Assembly: GCA_038227875.1 (NCBI GenBank)
Contig: JBBRPR010000011.1
Location: 64,001 to 128,000, forward strand
DNA from: Planctomycetota bacterium
GTDB taxonomy: Bacteria > Planctomycetota > SZUA-567 > H5-PLA8
Length of the DNA stretch: 64,000 nucleotides
Reading direction: 5' to 3'
Of the stretch, positions 38,957-48,597 are shown piece by piece. The translations under genes and the position numbers were made by a program. Under the pieces are notes generated by a model, which was not told where the DNA came from, did no database searches, and saw nothing but the letters and a program-made list of their open reading frames with translations. Numbering within the stretch: the stretch's first letter is position 1; each line of letters begins with the position of its first letter.

Positions 38957-40560
38957 GCGCGGCGGCCGCCACACTCGGCGCGCGGCCAGCCTTCGCCGTC
39001 GACGAATGGAGGCCGGCGCACAATCCGTATCTCGTCGCGCTGACCGTAACGCTGGCGACGTTCATGGAAGTACTCGACACCAGCATCGCCAACGTCGCGC
39101 TGCCGCACATCGCCGGCAATCTCTCCGCGAGTGTCGACGAGAGCACGTGGGTGCTGACCTCGTACCTCGTTTCGAACGCGATCGTCCTGCCCCTGAGCGG
39201 CTGGCTCAGCAGCGTATTCGGGCGCAAGCGCTTCTACATGACCTGCGTCGCGCTGTTCACGATTAGTTCGGCGCTATGTGGATTCGCGCCCAATCTGCGA
39301 ATGCTGATTTTCTTCCGCGTGCTCCAGGGCATCGGCGGCGGCGGACTGCAGCCCAGCGAACAAGCGATACTCTACGATACGTTCCCTGCCAGAAAGCGCG
39401 CCATGGGCATGGCGCTCTACGGCGTCGCGGTCGTTACCGCGCCAATCATCGGGCCGACACTCGGGGGATGGATCACCGACAACTACAGTTGGCGCTGGAT
39501 CTTCTTCATCAACATTCCCGTCGGCATCGTTTCACTGCTGCTGACTTCGCGCATGGTCAGCGATCCCCCGCACCTCGTCCGCCGCGCCTTGAAAGACACG
39601 CGCATCGACTTCATCGGCCTGGGCCTGTTGGCGCTGGGGCTTGGCGCGCTCCAGATCGTGCTCGACAAAGGTCAACGGGAAGACTGGTTCCAATCGTCGC
39701 TGATCGTCCTCCTCACGTTGACGGCGGTGGTGGGTATCGCATCGGCGGTCATCTGGGAATTGAAACAGCGCGAACCGCTCGTTGATTTCCGGCTGCTCAG
39801 CAACCGCAACTTCGCGATCTCGACGGTGATGATGTTCACGCTCGGCTTCGTGCTCTTTGGCAGTACCGTGCTGCTCCCGCTTTTTCTGCAGACGCTGATG
39901 GGATATTCGGCGGTCTTGAGCGGCATGGCGATCTCACCCGGCGGAATTCTGACCATGTTCGCAATGCCGCTGGTCGGATGGATGATCGGCCACTTTGATG
40001 CACGCAAGCTGATCGTCGCCGGCCTGATCATCGTCTCGATCGGATTGTTCCACATGGCATCGTTCAATCTGGAAATCGATTTCAAGACCGCGATGATCGC
40101 CCGGATGATTCAGGCTTTCGGCCTCGCGTTTCTCTTTGTTCCCATCAACACCATGGCCTATTCGACGATCCCCAAGAAGGATGCCAACCAGGCCAGCGGT
40201 CTGATCAACCTCGCGCGCAACCTTGGCGGAAGTTTCGGCATTGCGTTTGTCACCACGCTGCTCTCGCGTCAGGCGCAGGCCCACCAGAATATGCTCGTTG
40301 GACATGTCACGCCTTACGATCCGGCATACAAAAACATGATGAACCACATGACCACCGTGATGCACGTAAACTCCGCCGACCCCGTGAAGGCCACGGCGCA
40401 AGCGCACGGTGTCATCAACGGCATGCTGGAACGCCAGGCCTCGATGCTCTCGTTCGTCGACGCCTTCTGGCTGCTCGGAGCGTTCGCGGTGGTGGTGATC
40501 CCGTTGATTGTGCTGATGAAGCGCCCCACGCCGGGTGCGGAACCCGTCGCGGTGCATTAG
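38953..40560 (+). CDS. DHA2-family MFS efflux permease (EmrB-like)
   Basis: LDTSIANVALP, WVLTSYL, WRWIFFINIP; many TM segments. Confidence 0.96.
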   Translation: MSAAAATLGARPAFAVDEWRPAHNPYLVALTVTLATFMEVLDTSIANVALPHIAGNLSASVDESTWVLTSYLVSNAIVLPLSGWLSSVFGRKRFYMTCVALFTISSALCGFAPNLRMLIFFRVLQGIGGGGLQPSEQAILYDTFPARKRAMGMALYGVAVVTAPIIGPTLGGWITDNYSWRWIFFINIPVGIVSLLLTSRMVSDPPHLVRRALKDTRIDFIGLGLLALGLGALQIVLDKGQREDWFQSSLIVLLTLTAVVGIASAVIWELKQREPLVDFRLLSNRNFAISTVMMFTLGFVLFGSTVLLPLFLQTLMGYSAVLSGMAISPGGILTMFAMPLVGWMIGHFDARKLIVAGLIIVSIGLFHMASFNLEIDFKTAMIARMIQAFGLAFLFVPINTMAYSTIPKKDANQASGLINLARNLGGSFGIAFVTTLLSRQAQAHQNMLVGHVTPYDPAYKNMMNHMTTVMHVNSADPVKATAQAHGVINGMLERQASMLSFVDAFWLLGAFAVVVIPLIVLMKRPTPGAEPVAVH

Positions 40561-40777
40561 TTCACTATGGTGGTCGACCCTTGTCTTTCGGAAGTTCGAT
40601 CGGCTCCCGTTTCGGCCAAAGACTGTTCTTCGTTCCCGTCCGTGAAATGCGTACCGCGTTGGCATTCAGCTGATTGAGGTTCATTTTTTGATTCACAGTA
40701 TTTCGAAACTGCACTTTAGGTCGGTGCATAAGATCCTCTTATTTTTGGGGTTGATGAAAAGATTCCACAGCACAATT

Positions 40778-40817
40778 CACGGACCGCGGATGCTTCGCAA
40801 GCCATCCGCGGCCCGCG
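40778..40817 (-). terminator. Strong GC hairpin after micro-ORF / ECF sigma transcript
   Basis: CGGACCGCGGATG..CATCCGCGGCCCG inverted repeat; only a weak U-tract. Confidence 0.5.
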
Positions 40818-40836
40818 CGAGAGTTACCCGGTTTCG

Positions 40837-40884
40837 CTACCGACCGGCGCCCACTCCCTGGGCGTACATCTGGAAGATAAACAT
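40837..40884 (-). CDS. Putative 15-aa micropeptide MFIFQMYAQGVGAGR
   Basis: GAAAGGAGG Shine-Dalgarno, ATG at normal spacing, TAG stop, followed by a hairpin. Confidence 0.4.
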   Translation of the reverse strand: MFIFQMYAQGVGAGR

Positions 40885-40942
40885 CGTTCTTCCTCCTTTC
40901 CGAAAGGCGGGTGATAAGCCGCTGACCAGCGCAGCCAGAAGC

Positions 40943-41497
40943 TTAGCCTTTCAGCTCCAAATCGATTTCAGGTACGACTTCACTAAACGAGGAATTCGTT
41001 TCAGCTGACTTATTCCAGAGCAGGTAGCGCCGCCGAATTTCCCGCACGTGGTACGCGACGTTGGCTGACGTAAACCCCAGCTCCGCGCCGGTGTCGCGCC
41101 AGGTCAGTCCGTTGAGCAGACAGCGCAAAATCCGCTGCTGCAACGCCGTCAGTTGAGCCGAGAACTCGTCGAGTTCCACGCGGTCGTCCGGCAGAAACGT
41201 GGGCGCTGCGATATCCAGCTCGTCGACACTGGCGCAAGTCCGCAGGCGCGTATACTTCACCGCGTCGAGCATGCGCCAGCGCGCACGCTGAATCAGATAC
41301 GGCGTGAGTTCCCCGCGCGATGGATCGAAATCGTCCACCGCTTCCAGCAGCGCCAGCCACGCCTCCTGCAGCAGGTCGTCGCGATCGAGCCGCGAACAGC
41401 GGGCGTAGTGCTCCGCCATCCGAGCCACGCGCGCGTGCAGGTCGAGCATCAGTTGTTCGGACGAATGTATGGATGAAACGGTGGCATCCGTGAGCAT
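40943..41497 (-). CDS. Sigma-70 family (ECF-like) RNA polymerase sigma factor
   Basis: Region 2 DDLLQEAWLALLEAVDDFD; region 4 LTALQQRIL..GLTWRDTGAELG..NVAYHVREIRRR. Confidence 0.88.
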   Translation of the reverse strand: MLTDATVSSIHSSEQLMLDLHARVARMAEHYARCSRLDRDDLLQEAWLALLEAVDDFDPSRGELTPYLIQRARWRMLDAVKYTRLRTCASVDELDIAAPTFLPDDRVELDEFSAQLTALQQRILRCLLNGLTWRDTGAELGFTSANVAYHVREIRRRYLLWNKSAETNSSFSEVVPEIDLELKG

Positions 41498-41590
41498 CGT
41501 CAGTCGGTTCTCCAAAGTGAAAACGTGAGCGTACCGCCGCACGGTTCACGAAGGAGAATTGAGAATCTAACGGGTCAGGAAAAGAGAAAG

Positions 41591-41647
41591 TTAGATCCGA
41601 ATGCCTTCGGAAAGTGCAGCGATGGGGTTGAACAGTTTATTTTTCAC
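41591..41647 (-). CDS. Putative 18-aa leader peptide MKNKLFNPIAALSEGIRI
   Basis: GAAAGGAGGT Shine-Dalgarno, GTG start, TAA stop. Confidence 0.4.
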   Translation of the reverse strand: MKNKLFNPIAALSEGIRI

Positions 41648-41735
41648 CGTACACCTCCTTTCAAAGGTCATGAATCGGACTTCAGAGACATATAGCGGCA
41701 GTGGATCGAATTGCTAAAGAAATCTTTTGAGATTA

Positions 41736-42104
41736 TTAGAAACGATAACTGAATATCTTACCTAACAGCATCAGCATTCTCTTTGGAAGTCCGGCTTCGG
41801 CATAGCGTTGCTGCCATACCGCTTCCTCTTGCCTTTTTCGATTAAGATACACAACCCGCTCTGTCTTGATACGTTCTACGACGTATTCTTCGACGCCACT
41901 TAGCCCGCAAATTTTTCCAAGATAGCCAGCGAAATCGCCAACAGTCTTGATCTTCACGTCGGCATCCACAAATCGAATCTCAAATTCTGCTTCGACCGCT
42001 TCCACCAAATGCGATGCAAAATCCATTTCATCGCCGTCGAGATCTTCTGAAAAAGTGGTCTCCATGAAGCCCAGTTCGGGCGCCACATCAAAAATGCGCG
42101 CCAC
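41736..42104 (-). CDS. Acyl-carrier-protein-like protein lacking the DSL serine
   Basis: TFSEDLDGDEMDF..LVEAVEAEFEIRFVD..IKTVGD resembles ACP; start uncertain. Confidence 0.6.
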   Translation of the reverse strand: MARIFDVAPELGFMETTFSEDLDGDEMDFASHLVEAVEAEFEIRFVDADVKIKTVGDFAGYLGKICGLSGVEEYVVERIKTERVVYLNRKRQEEAVWQQRYAEAGLPKRMLMLLGKIFSYRF

Positions 42105-42146
42105 GATCTGAACCGTCCGATCGCACAGTTGTTGATCCGGGGCGCA

Positions 42147-42941
42147 TCACACAATCGACTGCACGCATCCACCTTCCACGCGCACGGCCGCTCCGTTAGT
42201 CGCCGATCCCTGCGGACTGCTTAGAAATACCACCATCGCCGCGACTTCATCCGTCGTAATGAAGCGTTTGAGTAGCGACGTTGGGCGCGCGGTTTTGAAG
42301 AAATTAGCTTCAATTTCCGCCGCGGTTTTTTTCTGATCGCGAGCCAGATCCTTCACGAACGTTTCCACGCCTTCCGACTTCGTCGGCCCGACCAGCACCG
42401 AGTTGACCGTCACATTCGAACCGGCCGTCAGTTGCGCCAGCCCTCGAGCGACGGCCAACTGCGCCGTCTTGGTCATGCCGTAATGGATCATCTCCTGCGG
42501 AATGTTCAGCGCCGATTCGCTGGAAATGAACACCACACGGCCCCAGTTCTGCTTCATCATCTTGGGAAAATAAAAACGCGAGAGCCGCACGCCGCTCATC
42601 ACGTTCACTTCAAAGAAGCGCATCCAGTCTGCATCAGGAATCTCGCCGAACGCTTTCGGTTCGAAGATGCCGAGGTTGTTGATCAGGATGTCGACCTCTG
42701 GAAGTTGCTCCGTGGCCTTTGCGACGCCGTCCTTCGAACCGAGGTCCGCCGCGATGCCGACGACGTCCGCGCCGCGCACATCCAGTTTGATTTTCGACAG
42801 CGCTTCATCCACGCGGTGTTGCGTCCTCCCGTTGACGATGACGCTTGCGCCTTCGCGCGCCAGCCCCGCCGCGATGGCAAAGCCGATTCCTGCAGTCGAC
42901 CCTGAGACCAGTGCACGTTTGCCGTTTAGTTTTAGATCCAT
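42147..42941 (-). CDS. SDR-family oxidoreductase
   Basis: GSTAGIG, NNLG, YGMTK. Confidence 0.95.
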   Translation of the reverse strand: MDLKLNGKRALVSGSTAGIGFAIAAGLAREGASVIVNGRTQHRVDEALSKIKLDVRGADVVGIAADLGSKDGVAKATEQLPEVDILINNLGIFEPKAFGEIPDADWMRFFEVNVMSGVRLSRFYFPKMMKQNWGRVVFISSESALNIPQEMIHYGMTKTAQLAVARGLAQLTAGSNVTVNSVLVGPTKSEGVETFVKDLARDQKKTAAEIEANFFKTARPTSLLKRFITTDEVAAMVVFLSSPQGSATNGAAVRVEGGCVQSIV

Positions 42942-43060
42942 AATTATGCTCCCAGTTTGACCGCGGACAATACTTGCCAGTCGACCATACGTGCAACGTC
43001 TCGTCCTTCAATCCAAAATGAGCGAGGGCAATATCTGCGCGCGAAATTGGAAACGGCAAA

Positions 43061-46000
43061 TCAGCGGTCAGGCATCGTATCGACCAACTGGCAGCGCTTC
43101 CACAGCCACGGGTTGCCGAAGGGCTCCGTGTTGGGAGGCGTCAGCGTGAGGCCGCGTTTGCGGCCGTCGCCATCGTTGTCGTTAATCAGCAGCGAAAGTC
43201 CCAGAACGGTCCCGGCCCGCAGATCTACGGCGGCGATCGCGGCGGGCTGAAACGTTGCGCGAAGTTGCCAGCCGGTCGCTGTCTTCTTCCACTGCGCTTT
43301 GACCTCCGGATCCTGCCCGTTGACGGTATTGTTTGCGCCAACAAAGCGGCCACCGGGCGCTTGATCCAACCAAGCCAGAGCGGAATCGTCGTCTTTGCGG
43401 CCCAGCACCCACGTCGAGATGTTGCCATCGCCCGTCGCCATCGGCGCTCGGACGCTGGCGCGCTGGTCGAGATAAAACTGGAGCGAATCAAAATTGTAGC
43501 CGTCGGAGCCGCGGTTGGGACCGGTCACGACTCGGTCATCCGTCACTTCCGCCCAGAGATGCAAGCCGGCGGGACTCCACGCGAAAGCCACGCGGGCAGC
43601 GAGATCGGCCGGACCCTTATGCGGATGCAGCGCGTCAAAATCCTTGGATAAACTTTCTTCGCCCAAGTCCAGCCAATCCTTCGGCTGCCACGTCTCCACG
43701 TCGCCGTTCAGCCGCGGAATCAGGAGGACCGGAATGCGCAGCCGGCCCGCGTCAAGATCGTCACCGCAGGTCACTTCGTAACCCAGCACCGCATCGGACT
43801 GCCATGGAAATTTCTCCGCCGGCAGGATCAGGTCTGCGGTCCCGAAAGGAGGGAGCTCAAATTTCCATTCGTCGCGAGGCACAGTCACGCCTGCACTCGC
43901 TTCCGTCCAGTGGATCCGGCAAGCTAAGGCCCGACGCTCATGATTGTGTACTGTCACTTTGACTTTTCCGTCGAGCAATCGGGAAGCAGTGAGCCCCAGC
44001 GGAAAAGCAAAACCGCGCCAGTCGGCAGTCTGGAGACTCTGAATCGCCGTGTCCGCAGCAGTTCCAGCGGGAAAGGTGAGATACAACGGCAAATACGTCA
44101 CCGGCAAATCGTCGCCGTTCAGGGGATTGCCGTTGACGTCGAATGCGGAGCACAGTTTCGGCCGTGTCAGCATTCCCTTTTCACCGTAGACACGCGCGTT
44201 GATGGAGGCCACAAGCGAACCGTCCGCGCGCGTGAACAACAGTGCCCGGGCGGCATCGTGAACGGGCACGTTTCGTCCGCTGACGATGTTGATGCCGAGT
44301 TTGGCGATGGCTCGAAAGCCCCCCGCCGCCAGATAGAGCCAGGACGAAGAGAAAGGCGTGTGCACAAAAACGCAGGTATTTGAGGTCAACGCGCCAAACG
44401 GCGCGCCGACTGTCATGCCATGAAGCACCGTCTGCAGGATCCGGCCGGCCTGCTCCGTTTCGTTGGCGGCGAAATAGCTGCGTTCGTATTCGCCCTGATG
44501 GATTCCATTAAGGACGCCGTAGTACTGTTCGCTGTTGACGATGGGCATTCCAGGCGCAGCGCGGTCCATGATCGCGCGCAGTCGGTTCAAATCGTTCACG
44601 ATCGGCGCGTTCTCAGCGGAGTTGCGGTAGGGATGCACCGTCACCAGATCAATCAGTTTCAAGCCGCCCAGTTTGGCCACCGCGTCCACGTAGTCACAAT
44701 CGATGCCGTTCACATTTAAGGCCAGCTTTACGTGCGGAGCCACGCGGCGCACTTCCGGAGCCACCGCGGAAAGCACCTGCATGTAGCGGCTGGGCGGCAT
44801 GGCGCTCTGGCCATTGACCGTCCAGATGTTGGGTTCGTTGAGCATTTCAATCTCGTCGACGACGCCGTCCAAGGCATGAGCGACTTCCGCAAACCCGGCG
44901 ACGTAGCGCGGCAGTTCCTTCGCCACGTCCTCATCCGTGGGCGGTTTTCCGGCTTTGGACATGGTATGAAAGTTCAAGGTCGAATCGTTAGCCGGCTCGA
45001 TCACGATCATCGTCCGTTTTGCGGTGCGGTGCTGCTCGCTCAAGATCCGCGCGGCGCGTTCCAGCGCCGGATCGGCTCCGCCACCCGAATGCAATTCGTA
45101 AAATGTGCGCCGAAATCCCATGCCCAGCCGCTTGGATACAGATTCCCCGAAACGAAACAGGGCCATCGTCTGCTGCAACGGAAGGGTATCGAGTCCGATC
45201 AGCGAATTGATTTCCGGATCGGCAGCAAAGACGGCGTATCGTGCGTCGGATTCGGCCACGACTCCGCCGGCGGCGTCGGCCACACTGAGCTGGCAGGCGA
45301 TCACGCCTTCGAGTTCGTGATTTACCGGAATCGAAATGGCGCGACGCGTCTCCGCTCCGATCGCAATCTCCACCTTCGTCTCAAAAACCACTTCTGTTGC
45401 GGCGTCCACTGCGCGCAGTTTTAGCCACAACGGATCTTTAACACCTCCGGGCAGTTGGACGATCGCATTTAACTCCGCCGGACCCGGCCGCAGAATTCCG
45501 CCGTCGCCAGGGGCGTCCAATCCAACCTGCGGCCCACATGCGTACGCGGTGGCCGCATCGCCGTCTTCAACCTGGACTGAATCTACATCTATCGAGCGTA
45601 CTGGATCGATGCGCACATACACACTATTGGCATGCGGATGCCCCTCGTCCGAGGGGCGGAACGTGACGAAGAACCGTTTCCACTCCGTGGTCAGCTCGCC
45701 GGCTTTGACCGGCAGCTCTTTGAATTTCCAATTCGGAGTGATGAGAAAACAACGTGCGGCGAGATCGTCGCCGTGCGCCTCCCCAGCCCGCGTACCCGGC
45801 GACAGTCGCAGGCTGAACGAAAGCGTATAGGGATGATTGGGAATCGCCGGCATGACTGCGCTGATCAAACTGGCGCCACCGCCGGGCAAACGAATCGCAT
45901 AGGGAGCGCTTTCGGGCGCGTCGGCAATACGCGAAGGAAGCGGGGCGTCGACATCCTTGGGTGGCCAGCACTCCAGAAACCAGCCGCCGGCGCCGGCGTC

Positions 46001-46576
46001 AAAGCCAGGATTCTCAAGCATATTTTTGCGCTGAGGCCGGCGGACCTCCGCGGTCGCGCCAACCGTGGCCAATGCCAAAGACGGACCAGAAATCTCAGCG
46101 TCTCCTTGAGTGATGGAGACATGCAGAAATATAGGCCGCCCCGCCCAATCCTTTCCCGACGGTACACTGGTTGCTAAACGATACCGTCGCCACGTTCCGG
46201 TCAAGGCCACTGACTGCGGCGCGTACCAATGCTTGCCGTCGCGCGGATCGGAATAGATGATCAGCGTCAGCGCCTGGCCAGCGTGCGATGCGCGCGCGAC
46301 GATCTCGGCGGACACGGATTCGCCCGGCTTGTCGACGGAAAGCGTGGCCACCCGCAAACAGACGCCTTCTGCCGCGCCCTCCGGCACGGAGAGATGCACG
46401 ACAGGAGCGCCGCCGGGTGCGTTCGCTCCGGCTGAAATCGTTGCCGCGCCGCCAGCCTTCGCGCCATCAAATCGCGTCCAACCTTCGGGTAGCTTGGTTG
46501 GTTCCGCAGCGCGCGCTACGGATGCGCACAGCAGAATAATAGCCGCCAGAGTTAAATGTTTGCGAGGATGAGCCAT
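43061..46576 (-). CDS. Large secreted glycoside hydrolase-like protein (CBM-like domains, clan GH-A-like core, C-terminal CBM9-like domain)
   Basis: Signal peptide, ENPGFD, MLNEPN, VTVHPY, IVNSEQY, FDSLQFYLD, LSLLINDND. Confidence 0.75.
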   Translation of the reverse strand: MAHPRKHLTLAAIILLCASVARAAEPTKLPEGWTRFDGAKAGGAATISAGANAPGGAPVVHLSVPEGAAEGVCLRVATLSVDKPGESVSAEIVARASHAGQALTLIIYSDPRDGKHWYAPQSVALTGTWRRYRLATSVPSGKDWAGRPIFLHVSITQGDAEISGPSLALATVGATAEVRRPQRKNMLENPGFDAGAGGWFLECWPPKDVDAPLPSRIADAPESAPYAIRLPGGGASLISAVMPAIPNHPYTLSFSLRLSPGTRAGEAHGDDLAARCFLITPNWKFKELPVKAGELTTEWKRFFVTFRPSDEGHPHANSVYVRIDPVRSIDVDSVQVEDGDAATAYACGPQVGLDAPGDGGILRPGPAELNAIVQLPGGVKDPLWLKLRAVDAATEVVFETKVEIAIGAETRRAISIPVNHELEGVIACQLSVADAAGGVVAESDARYAVFAADPEINSLIGLDTLPLQQTMALFRFGESVSKRLGMGFRRTFYELHSGGGADPALERAARILSEQHRTAKRTMIVIEPANDSTLNFHTMSKAGKPPTDEDVAKELPRYVAGFAEVAHALDGVVDEIEMLNEPNIWTVNGQSAMPPSRYMQVLSAVAPEVRRVAPHVKLALNVNGIDCDYVDAVAKLGGLKLIDLVTVHPYRNSAENAPIVNDLNRLRAIMDRAAPGMPIVNSEQYYGVLNGIHQGEYERSYFAANETEQAGRILQTVLHGMTVGAPFGALTSNTCVFVHTPFSSSWLYLAAGGFRAIAKLGINIVSGRNVPVHDAARALLFTRADGSLVASINARVYGEKGMLTRPKLCSAFDVNGNPLNGDDLPVTYLPLYLTFPAGTAADTAIQSLQTADWRGFAFPLGLTASRLLDGKVKVTVHNHERRALACRIHWTEASAGVTVPRDEWKFELPPFGTADLILPAEKFPWQSDAVLGYEVTCGDDLDAGRLRIPVLLIPRLNGDVETWQPKDWLDLGEESLSKDFDALHPHKGPADLAARVAFAWSPAGLHLWAEVTDDRVVTGPNRGSDGYNFDSLQFYLDQRASVRAPMATGDGNISTWVLGRKDDDSALAWLDQAPGGRFVGANNTVNGQDPEVKAQWKKTATGWQLRATFQPAAIAAVDLRAGTVLGLSLLINDNDGDGRKRGLTLTPPNTEPFGNPWLWKRCQLVDTMPDR

Positions 46577-46646
46577 CGTTAGCGATTCTCATGGAAAAAG
46601 TGGGTGTTGTAGAAGAGTCGACAGTCAGGAGGCTACCGGTTGCTTT

Positions 46647-48374
46647 CTACCTTAGCAACACCTTCAATTGAGTCAGCCCGCGCAGCGGGCGGCTCTTGCG
46701 ATGGGAGATGCGCTGCGGCGGCATACGGATATCGGGAAACCGGCGCAGCAGCGTGCCGATCGCGATTGCGCCTTCCATCCGCGCCAGCGCTGCGCCGAGG
46801 CAGAAATGAATTCCCGCGCCAAACGCCAAGTGCCGGTTGTCGGCACGCGTCAGGTCCAGACGGTCGGCGTTTTCAAAATGACTCGTGTCGCGATTGGCTG
46901 ATCCGATGCTCGCCAGCACATAGTCGCCGCGCTTGATTTTCTGGCCACCGAATTCCAGATCTTCGCTGACGATACGCGCCGTCCATTGCACGGGACTGTC
47001 GTAGCGCAGCAGTTCCTCCAGCGCCGTCGGCATGATGGACGGATCGTCGCGAAGCTTTCGGAGTTGCTCCGGATTTTCGAAGAGCGCCAGCATCCCATTG
47101 CCGATCAAGTTCGTCGTCGTCTCGTGCCCGGCGGCCAGAAGCAAAATGGCGTTGGCGTACAGTTCCATTTCGCTGAGCTTATCCCCCGCGGCCTCGGCGG
47201 TGGCCATGGCGCTCAGCAATCCGCCCTTGGGTGAACGGCGCAGGTTGGCAACGACGCCCTCGAAATACTCGCGGATCTCCAGCATCGCTTTCGCGCCGTG
47301 CTTGTCTTCAGCGATGGTGTTGGTCGAAGTCAGCAACCCGGCGACGTCGTCGGACCAGCGCTTCAGATCGTCGCGATCGTCGGCCGGGACTCCGAGCATC
47401 TCGCAGATCACCACCGTTGGCAGCGGGTACGCGAAGTCGCCGATCAGATCCATCTCGCCGCGGACCGCAACGCGGTCGAGCATCTCGTCGGTGATCTCCT
47501 GAATCCGTGTGCCCATCTCGGCGATCGCACGCGGCGTAAACGCGGCGCTGACCAAGCCGCGCAGGCGAGTATGGCGAGGCGGATCCTGCAGCAGCATTAC
47601 ATTGGAGAGGTATTCGGGGATCGGGCAGAGTTCCGCGCGGATCGCCGGCGGCAGGCGATCACGGGAGAGTTCCGGCGGCACGAACTTCGCAAAATCGCGC
47701 ACGAACCGCGGGTCGCGGAGCACCGTGCCGACATCGTCGTGGCGCGACGCGATCCAGAATCCCAGCAGCGGATCGCGCCGCAGTCCTTCCTTACGCAGCC
47801 GCGCGTACGCTGGATACGGATTGCGCATGAACTGCGGGTTGACGATGCTGAGCTGCCAGAAAACTTTGCGCGCCAGGCCGACCTTTCGAAAAAGCCGAAT
47901 GGGCAGATATCCAAGGTAACGAATCGTCTTCAGAGGAAAGGGCGTATGCGAATCCCAACCGTAACTTTCAAATTCGTGGCACACTCTACAGGCGTGCAAG
48001 TAAGAAACCTTGCAATTCTTGAACGGATCTCGAAAATATCGTCGCTTCAAAATGGCGAGAAGCACATGTTGGCTGCCCACCTGTTGACTCTTACGGTCTA
48101 TAGCTACTTCAATTGCGCTGCTGAATAAATCCCGGACGCTAAAGGATTGGTGAGTTGTTTCTTTACGAGAGGTACCGAGTTCAAATGGAAAAACTCTTCG
48201 CAGATCGTCGCTGACCTCCATTCGATTCAGGATTTTTGCCGCGTGCGAATTCGGTTTTGCTAGAATCGCAATCATTAAATCGGAATGCATTATCGATGCG
48301 TTGCCGCGCGATTGAGCAATCTCGATCGCTTCGAATACGAGATTCTTTAATTCGTTGGTAAAACGATGCCACAC
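46647..48374 (-). CDS. Clp N-terminal repeat domain fused to cytochrome P450
   Basis: N-terminal MWHRFT..AIEIAQ..DLMIAIL and AIEVA..VGSQHVLLAIL; C-terminal AGHETT, EELLR, FGAGIHFCLGA. Confidence 0.9.
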   Translation of the reverse strand: MWHRFTNELKNLVFEAIEIAQSRGNASIMHSDLMIAILAKPNSHAAKILNRMEVSDDLRRVFPFELGTSRKETTHQSFSVRDLFSSAIEVAIDRKSQQVGSQHVLLAILKRRYFRDPFKNCKVSYLHACRVCHEFESYGWDSHTPFPLKTIRYLGYLPIRLFRKVGLARKVFWQLSIVNPQFMRNPYPAYARLRKEGLRRDPLLGFWIASRHDDVGTVLRDPRFVRDFAKFVPPELSRDRLPPAIRAELCPIPEYLSNVMLLQDPPRHTRLRGLVSAAFTPRAIAEMGTRIQEITDEMLDRVAVRGEMDLIGDFAYPLPTVVICEMLGVPADDRDDLKRWSDDVAGLLTSTNTIAEDKHGAKAMLEIREYFEGVVANLRRSPKGGLLSAMATAEAAGDKLSEMELYANAILLLAAGHETTTNLIGNGMLALFENPEQLRKLRDDPSIMPTALEELLRYDSPVQWTARIVSEDLEFGGQKIKRGDYVLASIGSANRDTSHFENADRLDLTRADNRHLAFGAGIHFCLGAALARMEGAIAIGTLLRRFPDIRMPPQRISHRKSRPLRGLTQLKVLLR

Positions 48375-48597
48375 CGCTTAGTGAACTCCGCGGCTGCGAC
48401 CGAAATAGTCGGAAATGGGAACCCAAACATTCACAAAATCACTCTCTACGATCGGGCCACGCATGCAAATCCAGAGCCACGCGCGATTTCGGATCTCTAA
48501 AAATTTCCTAAAACCGCTTGAAAGCGCGCCGCTTTCTAATAACTTTTAGAGTTTTGCAAGGTCTGTACTTCTAACAGTTTGAAGGAGATGGTTTGAG

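Noticed and set aside
40565..40684. 39-aa minus-strand ORF MNLNQLNANAVRISR...
   Set aside because: No Shine-Dalgarno or recognisable motif; probably chance
11820..46812. About 32 identical nucleotides shared by the two P450 genes (near 11821-11852 and 46780-46811)
   Set aside because: Encodes the conserved IHFCLGAALAR heme motif under strong codon bias; not evidence of a mobile repeat or DGR template
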